Counted from the whole stretch's first letter, positions 9,299-19,975 are shown. The stretch is 63,424 nt of DNA, filler included, from 7 parts of 7 records of this genome joined end to end with filler, not necessarily neighbours in it, one strand, 5' to 3'. A program made the numbers and translations. Notes: generated by a model not told the origin, from the sequence alone.

Positions 9299-9559
9299 AT
9301 GAAATATGTCATTAATAGGCAACTTGACCCTGGATGCGCCATTGTTACCCTTAATCTTGATGGGTTTGGCAAGGTACAGGTCGGGAATCTTGTGATGGAT
9401 AACCCTGAGCTCGTAAAAGCTTATAAAGAAGCTATGCAGGGTTATCTCGGTCCATCCCAAGGGTATTCGCAGTACTATGCCGCAGAGAGGTTAGTCAGGC
9501 GATTTGGCGGAAATATCGAGAAAATGGAGATTGGAGAAAATGTAGGAGCTATAATGTAA
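9299..9559 (+). CDS. Hypothetical protein (86 aa)
   Basis: GGGAGG upstream; protein-like composition; converges on the next gene. Confidence 0.7.
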   Translation: MKYVINRQLDPGCAIVTLNLDGFGKVQVGNLVMDNPELVKAYKEAMQGYLGPSQGYSQYYAAERLVRRFGGNIEKMEIGENVGAIM

Positions 9560-9583
9560 CTAATATTTTATATCGCATTCAGG

Positions 9584-10630
9584 TCATCGATCGTTTTCAT
9601 ATGTTAATGGTTCACTGCCTTTTGGAGTAACCTTTAAGCCGTAGCGACTCATGAGAGCATCATTTACAGCAAAGTGAGCTTCAGGCCACTGTGGCACCAA
9701 GGTTTTGAAGTCATGTCCCTCAAATATGGCAACCAGCATCTCTGCTGCCTGTCTGCCTGCGCTATCACTTGAGGGGAAATATGATAATGTAGCCCCCCAG
9801 TTTTCCTGTACGTCTTTTTCTCCAAGTCCAATTAACGGTTTCGTGCCATTTTTTGCTACAGTCCTAACAAAGGGTTGTCGGGCTCCCATTTGATCGTTGG
9901 GGCTCAAGAATACGTCTACAATAGGGTTAAGCTCTCGGACATATTTTTTAGCCAAGTCTGCCATTCTAATATGGCCACCTTCCCCAGGTACAAATTGGAC
10001 TTTTCTGAAATGAAATTTTAAATCTTGGAACTCATCAGAGGACAAAACCTCCTTTAGCCATCTGGTATAGCTTTCCGACTGAGGCATTTCTGCGTAGATG
10101 TATCCTATGTTTTTAAGCACAGGCTGTACACTCTTAAGAAACCTTAACCTGTCGACCACCTGCACAGGGTAGCAGACACCTGTGAAGTTTGCTTTTGGGG
10201 GGCTATGGAAATTATCAATAACACCAAGCCCAACAGGGTCGGTGACGCCGCCGAATACAAATTTGAAATGAGGGTTTTGGTAGGCAAAGTTTCTAAAATA
10301 TTTCGTGGCCATGGTGCCCCCAAGATAAACAGCATCATATCGATTGTCCTTTTCAATTGACCAAATCCTTTTAGCCATGCCTTGTGAGTTGCCGATGGAC
10401 CAATGGGTGATTTCCAGGGTCTTGCCTTGCTCAAAGCCTCTTGATGCTAGGTGTTTTAGGATTGCCTTCGTAATTGAGGCATAGGGTTCGCCTTTTTGAG
10501 ATTCAATTATCATCATTTTCTTCAAATTCTTTGAGTAACCCTCTGTAGGGGCACCCATTAAACTGAAAATGATGCAGAGTTGTAACAGGAAGACGATGTG
10601 AAATCCTTGCCACTGAAAACCTATCTTCAC
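9584..10630 (-). CDS. ABC transporter substrate-binding family protein (ABC_sub_bind type)
   Basis: Signal peptide; FVFGGVTDPVGLGVI, NFTGV, GRQAAEM family motifs. Confidence 0.8.
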   Translation of the reverse strand: MKIGFQWQGFHIVFLLQLCIIFSLMGAPTEGYSKNLKKMMIIESQKGEPYASITKAILKHLASRGFEQGKTLEITHWSIGNSQGMAKRIWSIEKDNRYDAVYLGGTMATKYFRNFAYQNPHFKFVFGGVTDPVGLGVIDNFHSPPKANFTGVCYPVQVVDRLRFLKSVQPVLKNIGYIYAEMPQSESYTRWLKEVLSSDEFQDLKFHFRKVQFVPGEGGHIRMADLAKKYVRELNPIVDVFLSPNDQMGARQPFVRTVAKNGTKPLIGLGEKDVQENWGATLSYFPSSDSAGRQAAEMLVAIFEGHDFKTLVPQWPEAHFAVNDALMSRYGLKVTPKGSEPLTYENDR

Positions 10631-10725
10631 CTAATCACCCTTTGATGGTCATACTTAACGAGATTACCACTGGTAGTCTGCTGCATTGATTCAGAGGCTA
10701 ATTTCTATTTTATTACCCTGCCATG

Positions 10726-10917
10726 TTATAATCCACAAATGACCTCGTCTGCACTTTTCTGGCCTGCTGCAATATTTTCCCCTGCGGTTCTCCACGCGTA
10801 CCCTGCATCATCGATTCTATCGAATGGTTCTCTTCCGTCAAGACTGTAATGACTGTAATAATTATTTGCTGCCATATCCACACTAACAAGAATCGTACTG
10901 TCCGGTGCTAAATGCAT
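10726..10917 (-). pseudogene. CAP (SCP/PR-1) domain gene remnant
   Basis: DMAANNYYSH-SLDG…PFDRI…AGY…AGENIAAGQ…V is a clear CAP core, but it stops before W..S.GH and lacks the N-terminal helix. Confidence 0.75.
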
Positions 10918-11229
10918 CGCTGATGAGAAGATAAGTAACTCCGAAACAGTTTACAGAAACAAAGACATACATATGTCTTGAGACCGTACATCTTGAGCTT
11001 TCAACTTGTCGCCCTAGAAGAGGGGAGAGGCTACTTATCTTGCTCCACTAAACTGTGGGGTAAATAGTGTCCACATGAAGAGGAAACCAAAACCGGCTAG
11101 CGATATCCTGCATAAGATGGATCAGTGTGCTTGCAGAAAACTCATATTGTGAAAAATAGCCCCTTGTGGCATTTTTTTTACCAGTAGCTGGTGCATACTT
11201 TTTAGGTATTTGAACGAGCTCCAGGCAAC

Positions 11230-11508
11230 TTATCTAAAAAATTGCATATATTCAGAAAACACAAATGTTCTGTTCCTTTTGTAACCAGTCTTTTCTTCTA
11301 AAATCCCAAATTTTTCAAAGTCACCAATTAGTGAACTTGCTGTGTTAGTTTGAACATCTAGCAAGGATCTTACGCCTTTAATATTCACAACTGGATTTTG
11401 ATATACAAATCTCATTAAAGCTTGAGCATTCGGCTGTCGTCTAGCATGAAACTGAGGCATAATCTCTCGCTCTATCCGCTCCTTCAGTTCCAGAATCGAT
11501 TTAAACAC
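11230..11508 (-). CDS. Fic family protein, C-terminal winged-helix part (5' truncated at contig end)
   Basis: NPVVNI…TASSLI…GILEEKTGYKRNRTFVFSEY matches the typical Fic/DOC C-terminus; the catalytic motif is not in the window. Confidence 0.75.
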   Translation of the reverse strand: MFKSILELKERIEREIMPQFHARRQPNAQALMRFVYQNPVVNIKGVRSLLDVQTNTASSLIGDFEKFGILEEKTGYKRNRTFVFSEYMQFFR

Positions 11509-11608
11509 NNNNNNNNNNNNNNNNNNNNNNNNNNNNNNNNNNNNNNNNNNNNTTAATTAATTAANNNNNNNNNNNNNNNNNNNNNNNNNNNNNNNNNNNN
11601 NNNNNNNN
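11509..11608. other. Artificial contig spacer
   Basis: N44-TTAATTAATTAA-N44 (stops in all six frames); composition changes across it. Confidence 0.99.
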
Positions 11609-11609
11609 A

Positions 11610-11777
11610 ACAGACTCAAGAAAAAGAAGAGATTCAGGATGGATTGAATCAATTGGTTATTATAACCCAGTAGTAGAGCCAAAAGTTTTAAAAATCGATG
11701 AAGAGAGATTAAACTATTGGTTAGGTGTTGGTGCTAAGCCAAGTGAAAAAGTAAAAAAACTTACTGAAAAAAAATAA
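11610..11777 (+). CDS. rpsP: 30S ribosomal protein S16 (5' truncated)
   Basis: Manual translation [55 protein letters not shown]; lies upstream of khpA-rimM. Confidence 0.96.
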   Translation, partial: TDSRKRRDSGWIESIGYYNPVVEPKVLKIDEERLNYWLGVGAKPSEKVKKLTEKK

Positions 11778-11796
11778 ATTTTACCAGTAAATTATC

Positions 11797-12036
11797 ATGA
11801 TTAATGATTTTGTTTCCTCATATGCTAAAATGATCGTAAACTTCCCTGAAGATATTCAGGTGGAAGTTAAAGAGCTTGATGAAACTTTTCAAGAAGTAAC
11901 GATCTACGCAAATGAAAATGATATAGGGAAACTTATAGGTAAAAACGGAAATATGATCAATGCTATTAAAACCATTTTAAATGGGTGTAAAGCAAAAGAT
12001 GGAATTTCGTATAAAGTTCAAGTGGTTTCTAAATAA
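11797..12036 (+). CDS. khpA: KH domain RNA-binding protein KhpA
   Basis: DIGKLIGKNG GxxG loop; between rpsP and rimM. Confidence 0.92.
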   Translation: MINDFVSSYAKMIVNFPEDIQVEVKELDETFQEVTIYANENDIGKLIGKNGNMINAIKTILNGCKAKDGISYKVQVVSK

Positions 12037-12070
12037 TCTTATTTAGAGATCATTTTATATAGGTAAATAA

Positions 12071-12598
12071 ATGGAAGAAAAGATCTATGTAGCCAAACTA
12101 GGACGAACTATAGGACTCAATGGAGCTATGAAAGTATTTATAGATTCAGATTTTCCAGAACAATTTAAAAAAGGTACACCTCTTACTACAAATAGAGGAC
12201 AACAACTTACTATTCAATCATTTAACCCAAACAATACAACTATTCAATTTGAAGAGATCTCAAATATAGATGATGCAAAAAAACTTACCAATAAATTGCT
12301 GTATGTCTCAATGGAAGAGACAAAAAAACAATGTAACTTAGAAAAAGATCAGTTTTTCTGGTTTGATATCGTAGGATGTGATATTATAGAAAATGATGAG
12401 ATTTTAGGAAAAGTTATTGATATCCAAAGACTCCCAACGGCAGATTATCTCTTAATAGAAACAGCAAATAATCTGATAGAAAAAAACCACGCAAAACAAT
12501 TTATGATCCCTTACCAAGATACATTTATCCAAAATGTAGATTTAGAAGAGAAAAAAATAATAGCAACAAACTGTAAAGATATTTTAGAAGCAAGTTAA
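12071..12598 (+). CDS. rimM: Ribosome maturation factor RimM
   Basis: VAKLGRTIGLNGAMKV, FFWFDIVGC, MIPY; canonical position. Confidence 0.95.
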   Translation: MEEKIYVAKLGRTIGLNGAMKVFIDSDFPEQFKKGTPLTTNRGQQLTIQSFNPNNTTIQFEEISNIDDAKKLTNKLLYVSMEETKKQCNLEKDQFFWFDIVGCDIIENDEILGKVIDIQRLPTADYLLIETANNLIEKNHAKQFMIPYQDTFIQNVDLEEKKIIATNCKDILEAS

Positions 12599-12672
12599 TT
12601 ATCTTAGTGTAGATATAATATTAATAAGATATAATAAAATCATTATATTATTTATATACTGTAGGATATTGT

Positions 12673-13683
12673 ATGCAAACTTTCACATTAACAAGCCCAT
12701 TTGATATGCATCTTCATTTACGTGATGAAGAGATGCTAAAACTCGTTGCACCTTTAAGCTCACTAAGCTTTGCTGGTGGAATCATTATGCCTAACCTTGT
12801 CCCTCCTGTAGATACAAAAGAATCACTTCTCGCATATAAAGCAAGGATACAAGAAGCGATCAAAGATGATCTTTTTGATCCTATGATGACACTATTTTTT
12901 AAACCCTATACAAAAGAGTTTTTAGAAGATGTAAAAGATGAGATCACGGCTATTAAGCTCTACCCAGCAGGAATCACTACAAATAGTGAAGGGGGAGTTG
13001 AGGCTATAGATGTTAAAGCCTTAGCTCCAACTTTAAATGCAATGAGTGAGCTTAATATCCCTCTTTGTATCCATGGAGAGACTAATGGATTTGTGATGGA
13101 TAGGGAAAAAGAGTTTATGAATATCTATGATGCTTTGGCTTCTGAGTTTCCAAAGCTAAAAATTATTATGGAGCATATCACTACAAAAGATGCAGTAGAG
13201 ATGCTAGATCGTCATGATAATCTTTATGCTACGATCACTTTACACCATCTGCTTATCACTTTAGATGATGTAGCAGGAGGGATGCTTCAACCTCATCTTT
13301 TTTGTAAACCTATTGCAAAAAGATATGAAGATAGAGAAGCTCTTTTAGAAGTAGCTTTAAAAGCCCACCCAAAAGTGATGTTTGGAAGTGATAGTGCCCC
13401 ACATCCACAACATGCTAAAGAAGCTTGCGGATGTGCTGCAGGAGTCTTTACAGCTCCAATCGCTATTCAAGTTTTAACTGAGCTTTTTGAAAAACATGAT
13501 AGACTAGATAACTTGCAAGCTTTTTTAAGTGATAATGCTTGTAATATCTATGGAATCAAACCACAGAATAAAACAATCAAACTATCAAAAACAAAGTTTC
13601 AAGTACCTGCATACTATCAGTACAATGATCAAAAAGTGATCCCTATGTATGCAGAACAAACTTTACAATGGAGCCTTATGTAA
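12673..13683 (+). CDS. pyrC: Dihydroorotase (homodimeric type)
   Basis: [46 protein letters not shown]. Confidence 0.96.
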   Translation: MQTFTLTSPFDMHLHLRDEEMLKLVAPLSSLSFAGGIIMPNLVPPVDTKESLLAYKARIQEAIKDDLFDPMMTLFFKPYTKEFLEDVKDEITAIKLYPAGITTNSEGGVEAIDVKALAPTLNAMSELNIPLCIHGETNGFVMDREKEFMNIYDALASEFPKLKIIMEHITTKDAVEMLDRHDNLYATITLHHLLITLDDVAGGMLQPHLFCKPIAKRYEDREALLEVALKAHPKVMFGSDSAPHPQHAKEACGCAAGVFTAPIAIQVLTELFEKHDRLDNLQAFLSDNACNIYGIKPQNKTIKLSKTKFQVPAYYQYNDQKVIPMYAEQTLQWSLM

Positions 13684-15623
13684 TGGCTCTATTTGAAAAG
13701 GAGCATGATAATGCCTCTTTCTACCGCGAACTTTTAAAAAAACAAAAAGATGAGAAATGGTTAGAAGAGGGATTAAAATCTGAATTTATCGATATCGATC
13801 ATCAGGATGAAGATGGTAATACATTTTTAATCAACTGTTTAAAAGAGGGAAAATTCCAATCTGTTGAATGGTTGATTAAGCATGGAGCCAATATCACAAT
13901 AAAAAACAATAAAAGAAAATCTGCGATCCACTATGCCATAGAGAAAAACTCTCTTCCAGTGGTAAAAGGTTTACTAGAACTTGATATCATTGATGTCAAT
14001 GAAAGAGATATTGACGGAAGAACCCTTTTACAAGATGTAGTTGTGTTTGGAAACCATCAAATGGCAAAACTTCTTATACAATATGGAACAGATATCAATA
14101 ATAAAGATATTCATGATAGAAATGTCATTTATGACGCTCTCTCTTATGGAGATATCAATTTTATCAACTATCTTTTAAATATGGAAGAGTTGGATAGAAA
14201 TCTCGTAGATGAAGATGAAAACTCTGTGATGCAGCACCCAGAAGTGCTTAAAAACACAGATATTGCAAAAACACTTTTAACCCATGGAGTAGATCCAACT
14301 ATCATACCCAAAAATGGCACACCTTATATCTTAAAAATTCTGCTAGAAGCAAAAGAAAATATGATGGATATTTTAGATACTGCTTTACAAAATAACCTAG
14401 ATGTAAATAAAGAGCTTCCTAATGGTCATACCATCCTTTTAGAGGTGATTGCTACTATTTCTGCATTGCATAAAAAAGATGATAAAAAAAGAGAGCTTCT
14501 TTTAAAAGCTGCGAAGAAAATGTTAGATTCAGGTGGAGATATCAATGCTCGGAGACAAAATGAAACAGGGATTTTCCAAGCTATAAGAGATAGAGATTAT
14601 GAGCTCACCTCCTTTTTACTTGTAGCAGATATCAATCCAAACCATCAAAATAGCTATGGGGAAACAATTTTATTTGAGATCATCTATGATGGGATTAAAA
14701 GTTTAAAGCTTTTGAGACTTCTTATTTTGCACCATATCGATCCAAATATAAAAAATCACGATGGAAAAAATGTCTATGAGCTTTTAAATGATATTATTTT
14801 ACATCTTCATGGAACAAAACCTATAAAAGAAAAAGAGACCCTGTTAAAAATAGATAAAAAAGGAGAATACCTCATATTTATACAAGAGCTTTTAAAAAAT
14901 GATGAACAAAGTGACCACAACTATTTTGACTCCACTGGTAACCCACTTTTTTTTAATCCTCTTTTATATAACAACCATGAGCTTTTTAGATCTTATATAA
15001 ACCATAAATTTAATATCCATACAAAAAACCATGCAGGGCATAATATCTTTTTTGAATATGTGATAAAAGTCTTTGAAAAAAATGATGACTCAATCAAAGC
15101 ATGCAAAGATTTTGAAGAGAACCTAAGTTCTCTTATTAGTTTTAAAGTAAACCAAAACTTCAAGGATGCCCTTGGTTGGAGTGCATTACATAAAGTCGTT
15201 CATGGGAAATGCAATGACAAACTTTTTGCAATTTTGACAAAAATAGTTGCCTTTGATTATACAATGAAAGATAATCTAGGAAGAACAGTGATTCACAATG
15301 CAGTGTGGAGTGATGATGAGTATGTGATTAAAAAGATACACTCATTAGAACCAGATATTATCAATCTACCCGATGGATACAGTATTTTACCAATAACCTA
15401 TGCAGCTCTTTTAGGAAATCAAAAGCTCGTACTACTTTTTTTAGAACTTGGTACAAATCTTTCAGCCAAGAAAAAGATCGCAGATTCTGCTATCAAAAAA
15501 TTTTCTCCCATGTTAAAAAATCTTCCAAAACTACTTGACAAGCTTCATGATATGGATCAAAGACTCCATATTGAGACCTTAATAGATCAAATAACAGAAG
15601 ATTTTAGACTCCAAGGATCATAA
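13683..15623 (+). CDS. Ankyrin-repeat protein, paralog 1
   Basis: Repeated D..G.T.L/…LI..GA.IN units. Likely start is the ATG overlapping the pyrC stop (TAATG); the alternative start is 13668. Confidence 0.88.
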   Translation: MALFEKEHDNASFYRELLKKQKDEKWLEEGLKSEFIDIDHQDEDGNTFLINCLKEGKFQSVEWLIKHGANITIKNNKRKSAIHYAIEKNSLPVVKGLLELDIIDVNERDIDGRTLLQDVVVFGNHQMAKLLIQYGTDINNKDIHDRNVIYDALSYGDINFINYLLNMEELDRNLVDEDENSVMQHPEVLKNTDIAKTLLTHGVDPTIIPKNGTPYILKILLEAKENMMDILDTALQNNLDVNKELPNGHTILLEVIATISALHKKDDKKRELLLKAAKKMLDSGGDINARRQNETGIFQAIRDRDYELTSFLLVADINPNHQNSYGETILFEIIYDGIKSLKLLRLLILHHIDPNIKNHDGKNVYELLNDIILHLHGTKPIKEKETLLKIDKKGEYLIFIQELLKNDEQSDHNYFDSTGNPLFFNPLLYNNHELFRSYINHKFNIHTKNHAGHNIFFEYVIKVFEKNDDSIKACKDFEENLSSLISFKVNQNFKDALGWSALHKVVHGKCNDKLFAILTKIVAFDYTMKDNLGRTVIHNAVWSDDEYVIKKIHSLEPDIINLPDGYSILPITYAALLGNQKLVLLFLELGTNLSAKKKIADSAIKKFSPMLKNLPKLLDKLHDMDQRLHIETLIDQITEDFRLQGS

Positions 15624-15626
15624 AAG

Positions 15627-17591
15627 ATGTTTTCAAAACTTTTTCAATTTAGTAAAAACTCCAAAGTTGATAACTACAAGTACTTTTTAGAAGAGCTATT
15701 AAGCCCTGCTTTTAATAAAGAGGAGCTCTCTAACTATTTAAAAAAGAAAAAAACAGATATCAATGAAAAAGACTCAAAAGGAAATACCTTTTTACATCAC
15801 TGTATACAAAATAATGCAACCGATGCAGCCATATGGATCATAGAACAAGGAGTAGCAGTAGAGCTTGAAAATAATACTGGAATCAATAGTTACCATTTGG
15901 CACTTGAAAAAAAAGATGAAATCCTACTTCAAAAGATACTAGAAAAAGAGACTGTTAATATCAATGAAAAAGATAAATTTGGAAGAATAGCTCTACAAGA
16001 CCTTGTAGTAGAAGGGGAGCTCAAACTAGCAAAACTTCTTATTAATTTTGGAGCAGATATAAACTCAAAAGATAAACACCATAGAAATGTGATCTTTGAT
16101 GCCCTCTCCTATGGAGATGAAAACTTTATCAATTTTCTACTTGAGCTTAAAGATCCCAAGATCGATCTAAATAACCTTGATGATGAACTTAATACCATCA
16201 TGCACCATAAGCAAGTAGCAGATAATGACGAAATAGCAAAAAAACTTATAGAAGCAGGAGCTGATGTAACCATTCAAAATATCAAAGGGGAAACTTTCCT
16301 TACAAACCTAGCCAAACGAGGAGATAAAGCAAAAGAGCTTATTGAGCTTGCTCTTAAAAAAGGAGCCAATGCAAATGTACGAACCACCTTTGATAATACT
16401 TTACTTATTGAGCTTATGAAAGTATTTGCCAGACTTCCACAAGAAGAAAAAGATAGACGAGCCGCTATTTTAGATATGTGCAGAATGATTGTAACCTATG
16501 GAGGAGATCTCAATGCAGTCAATAGGGATCAAGAGGGTGCTCTTTTTGAAGCTGTGAGAGCTAAAAATCTTGAACTAGTTTCATTTTTATTAAAAACAGG
16601 AACCAATCCAAATACTAAAAATATTCATGGAGATACGGTATTTTTAGAAACAATCTACCAAGGGATAGATGCTCTTGATATCCTTTTAGTGATGCTAGAA
16701 TATGACGCTGATCCACTTATTAGAAATCGTCATGGTTATACTATCTACGAGATCTTAAATAAGATCATTTTACATATTCATAATAAAAAAACTCTTGAAG
16801 ATGAAACAATGCTTGAAAAAATCAAACAAGATGGTCAGTATATGGTTGTCTTAAAAGAGCTACTACAACACAATACAAAAGATCTCAACTTCTTAGATTC
16901 AGAGGGAAATCCTCTATTCTTTACTCCACTTTTATATGATGATGCTAACCTTTTTAGACTCTATATCAATAATGGACTAGATATTCACAAGATCAATAAA
17001 ACAGGATACAATATCTTCTTTGCTTATGTACTCAAAGTCTTTAAAGACAATGATACAAGTGTAGAGTTTCAAGATAATCTCAGTCGTCTTATTAGTAAAA
17101 AAGTCAACCACAACTACCAAGATGCCTTAGGCTGGACAGTAGTTCATAAGATCCTTTTTACAAAATGTAATGAAAAACTTTTTGATATTATGACCAAGAT
17201 CGTACGCTTTGATTTTACTATCGTCGATGAACTTGGACGTAGTGTGATCCATAATGCCGTATGGAATAATAACTCAAGAATGGTACAAAAACTCAATAGA
17301 TTAGATCCAACAATAGTCCATATTGCAGATAACTATGGAGTACCCCCTATCGTATACGCAGCTCTTTTAGGCTCACAAGAACTAGTGCTTCTTTTTATAG
17401 AACTAAAAGCCCACCATGTGGAGAGACAATCTATCCCTCAAAATGCCATTAAAAAATTTAGTGCTATGCTAAAAAACCTACCAAAAATAAAAAAAGATAT
17501 TGAAGATGAAGAGACTTTAGAAAAAATCAACACATTGCTTTACCAAATACAGGTAAATTTCAATGTGCCTGAGTCTTTGATGGTTAAATAA
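15627..17591 (+). CDS. Ankyrin-repeat protein, paralog 2
   Basis: DSKGNTFLH, LLINFGADINSKD, DALGWTVVHK; colinear with paralog 1. Confidence 0.9.
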   Translation: MFSKLFQFSKNSKVDNYKYFLEELLSPAFNKEELSNYLKKKKTDINEKDSKGNTFLHHCIQNNATDAAIWIIEQGVAVELENNTGINSYHLALEKKDEILLQKILEKETVNINEKDKFGRIALQDLVVEGELKLAKLLINFGADINSKDKHHRNVIFDALSYGDENFINFLLELKDPKIDLNNLDDELNTIMHHKQVADNDEIAKKLIEAGADVTIQNIKGETFLTNLAKRGDKAKELIELALKKGANANVRTTFDNTLLIELMKVFARLPQEEKDRRAAILDMCRMIVTYGGDLNAVNRDQEGALFEAVRAKNLELVSFLLKTGTNPNTKNIHGDTVFLETIYQGIDALDILLVMLEYDADPLIRNRHGYTIYEILNKIILHIHNKKTLEDETMLEKIKQDGQYMVVLKELLQHNTKDLNFLDSEGNPLFFTPLLYDDANLFRLYINNGLDIHKINKTGYNIFFAYVLKVFKDNDTSVEFQDNLSRLISKKVNHNYQDALGWTVVHKILFTKCNEKLFDIMTKIVRFDFTIVDELGRSVIHNAVWNNNSRMVQKLNRLDPTIVHIADNYGVPPIVYAALLGSQELVLLFIELKAHHVERQSIPQNAIKKFSAMLKNLPKIKKDIEDEETLEKINTLLYQIQVNFNVPESLMVK

Positions 17592-17611
17592 TCTTATAAA
17601 ACCATTATTTA

Positions 17612-17866
17612 CTAATTTTTAAGTGCACTTCTAATCACCAAAAATATAATTAAAGAATACAATATAAATGGTACTATCTTTGCTTCAAAATATAACAATG
17701 CAAATCCAAATGGGACATGACCTAAAATGCCAATAAAAAACCAAGCAAGTAAATATCCACCCATTCCAAATATATAAAACTTTAATTTAAAAGTTTTCCT
17801 ATATAAGAAATAATGAAGTACAAATACTATAATCAATAAAAGATTATTCGACATAATCATGAACAT
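17612..17866 (-). CDS. Small membrane protein (about 3 TM)
   Basis: Hydrophobic 84-aa ORF downstream of ilvD on the same strand. Confidence 0.55.
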   Translation of the reverse strand: MFMIMSNNLLLIIVFVLHYFLYRKTFKLKFYIFGMGGYLLAWFFIGILGHVPFGFALLYFEAKIVPFILYSLIIFLVIRSALKN

Positions 17867-17922
17867 TCTATATTCCGTTTCATAGAGAAACCTTATTCTT
17901 CTATTTTACTAAATACTAAAAT

Positions 17923-19614
17923 TTAAAACAAGTCAGTTCTTAAAACTGCCCCACTTGAAGCATTGGTAACCAGTGCTCGATACTGTTTTAACCAGCTTGA
18001 TTTAATCTCTTTTTTAAGTGGAGTAAACTCAGCTTTTCTTTTTGCGATCTCTTCATCCGATAGATTTACAGATAAAATATACTGATCCACATCGATATGA
18101 ATCTCATCACCATCTTTAAGCAGTCCTATCATACCACCCTCAGCAGCTTCAGGAGATACGTGACCGATACTTGCTCCTCTTGTAGCTCCAGAAAATCTTC
18201 CATCAGTAATAAGAGCAACAGAACTACCAAGTCCCATACCCATAATAAGTGAAGTAGGTGCAAGCATCTCTTGCATCCCAGGTCCACCTTTAGGCCCCTC
18301 ATATCTAATAACTACAACATTACCAGCTTTTACTTTACCACCGATGATCCCCTCAATTGCTTCAGGCTGACCATCAAAACAAACAGCAGTTCCAGTAAAT
18401 ACTCTATCTCCTGTAATACCAGCAGTTTTAATAACGGCACCTTGCTCTGCTAAATTACCATATAAAATAGCTAATCCACCAACTTGAGAGTAAGGATTTT
18501 CTAAAGTATGGATCACATTTGTATCTACAATCTTCGCATTTGCGATTCTTTCTTTAATAGACTCTCCTGTAACGGTTGGATTCTCTATTAAGATATCTCC
18601 ACGTCTATTCATCTCAGCCATTACTGCACTTACTCCACCAGCTTTATCGATGTCTTGCATATGTACTGTACTAAGACTTGGAGAGATTTTTGCAATATGT
18701 GATACTCTTTTTGAGATCTCATTGATATCGCTAAGCTCAAACTTAGCCCCAGCTTCTTTTGCAATAGCAAGCATATGGAGAACTGTATTTGAGCTTCCAC
18801 CCATAGCCATATCAACTGCAAAGGCATTTCTTACTGCATTTTCATTTAATATATTTCGTAGGTTATATTTTTGTTTTTCTTCCCATTCCATCTTCGCTAG
18901 TTCACACACTCTTCTAGCAGCTTTTCTATAAAGCTCTTCTCTCTCAGGAGTCAATGCTAAAATAGTACCATTTCCTGGTAATGCGATTCCCATAGCTTCC
19001 ATAAGTGTATTCATAGAGTTTGCTGTAAACATCCCAGAACACGATCCACCGCTTGGACAGGCATTACACTCGATATCATGAAGCTCATCTGCACTTATTT
19101 CACCAGCTTCAAACTTTCCAACTGCTTCAAATGCAGTAGCAAGATCTATAGGCGTACCATCTTTTGTATACCCTTTTGCCATAGGACCACCAGATACATA
19201 TACAGTAGGTACATTTACTCGTAAACCTCCCATAATCATCCCTGGTACAATTTTATCACAATTTGGAATAGCGATCATCGCATCAAATTTATGTGCATTC
19301 ATCACTGTTTCAATAGAATTTGCAATAATCTCACGTGAAGGCAGAGAAAAAAGCATCCCATCATGACCCATAGCAATACCATCATCTACCCCGATAGTAT
19401 TAAACTCAAATGGTACACATCCAGCGTTTCTAATCTCTTCTTTAATAATATCACTTACACGATCAAGAAAGAAATGCCCTGGAATAACTTCAATAAAAGA
19501 GTTCGCTACTCCAATAAATGGTTTGTCAAAATCTTCATCTTTAAGCCCAGTTGCTCTTAATAATGACCTATGTGGAGCACGACTATGCCCCTTTTTTACT
19601 TCATCACTTCTCAT
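17923..19614 (-). CDS. ilvD: Dihydroxy-acid dehydratase
   Basis: [51 protein letters not shown]. Confidence 0.98.
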   Translation of the reverse strand: MRSDEVKKGHSRAPHRSLLRATGLKDEDFDKPFIGVANSFIEVIPGHFFLDRVSDIIKEEIRNAGCVPFEFNTIGVDDGIAMGHDGMLFSLPSREIIANSIETVMNAHKFDAMIAIPNCDKIVPGMIMGGLRVNVPTVYVSGGPMAKGYTKDGTPIDLATAFEAVGKFEAGEISADELHDIECNACPSGGSCSGMFTANSMNTLMEAMGIALPGNGTILALTPEREELYRKAARRVCELAKMEWEEKQKYNLRNILNENAVRNAFAVDMAMGGSSNTVLHMLAIAKEAGAKFELSDINEISKRVSHIAKISPSLSTVHMQDIDKAGGVSAVMAEMNRRGDILIENPTVTGESIKERIANAKIVDTNVIHTLENPYSQVGGLAILYGNLAEQGAVIKTAGITGDRVFTGTAVCFDGQPEAIEGIIGGKVKAGNVVVIRYEGPKGGPGMQEMLAPTSLIMGMGLGSSVALITDGRFSGATRGASIGHVSPEAAEGGMIGLLKDGDEIHIDVDQYILSVNLSDEEIAKRKAEFTPLKKEIKSSWLKQYRALVTNASSGAVLRTDLF

Positions 19615-19718
19615 ATACTTATCCTTAAAATTTTCTCTTAAATATTGGGTGTATTATAGTTGATTTTAGATTAATTTCGAAAAAAATCATCTTTTTTTCA
19701 AATTTCTTTCAAAAACCC

Positions 19719-19747
19719 TTGACATTTAAAATATTAAAGGCTATAAT
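19719..19747 (+). promoter_or_regulatory. Perfect sigma-70 consensus promoter for the tRNA
   Basis: TTGACA (19719-24), 17-bp spacer, TATAAT (19742-47). Confidence 0.88.
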
Positions 19748-19805
19748 TCCAGTCCAATTTAAATGATAACCATTTAAATTAGTCTACAACATAATAAATA
19801 TAAAA

Positions 19806-19835
19806 GCGAGTGTGGCGGAATAGGTAGACGCGTGG
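19806..19835 (+). tRNA. tRNA, probably Leu, 5' fragment cut by the contig end
   Basis: GCGAGTG-TG-GCGGAATAGGTAGACGC-GTGG: acceptor 5' strand plus the D-arm typical of tRNA-Leu. The anticodon is not visible. Confidence 0.82.
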
Positions 19836-19935
19836 NNNNNNNNNNNNNNNNNNNNNNNNNNNNNNNNNNNNNNNNNNNNTTAATTAATTAANNNNNNNNN
19901 NNNNNNNNNNNNNNNNNNNNNNNNNNNNNNNNNNN
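19836..19935. other. Artificial contig spacer
   Basis: N44-TTAATTAATTAA-N44. Confidence 0.99.
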
Positions 19936-19975
19936 ATGTATCAAAAAGAAACTAAATTTTATATAAACAATTAAT

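Noticed and set aside
8985..9460. ORFs 8985-9233 (+) and 9092-9460 (-)
   Set aside because: No convincing SD or protein-like features; they overlap the yhhQ promoter region, a terminator and the better ORF at 9299.
11040..11230. Possible att site or IS end near the Fic gene
   Set aside because: No direct or inverted repeat partner, tRNA or recombinase is visible.
11553..11564. Recurring TTAATTAATTAA as a biological repeat or CRISPR-like unit
   Set aside because: Always centred in N44 padding; a synthetic six-frame-stop linker.
6018..19614. Apparent ilvB-ilvN-ilvD cluster
   Set aside because: The genes are on different contigs separated by an artificial spacer.
19756..19780. 10-bp inverted repeat in the tRNA leader
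   Set aside because: Almost all A/T and weak; ordinary for a precursor leader.
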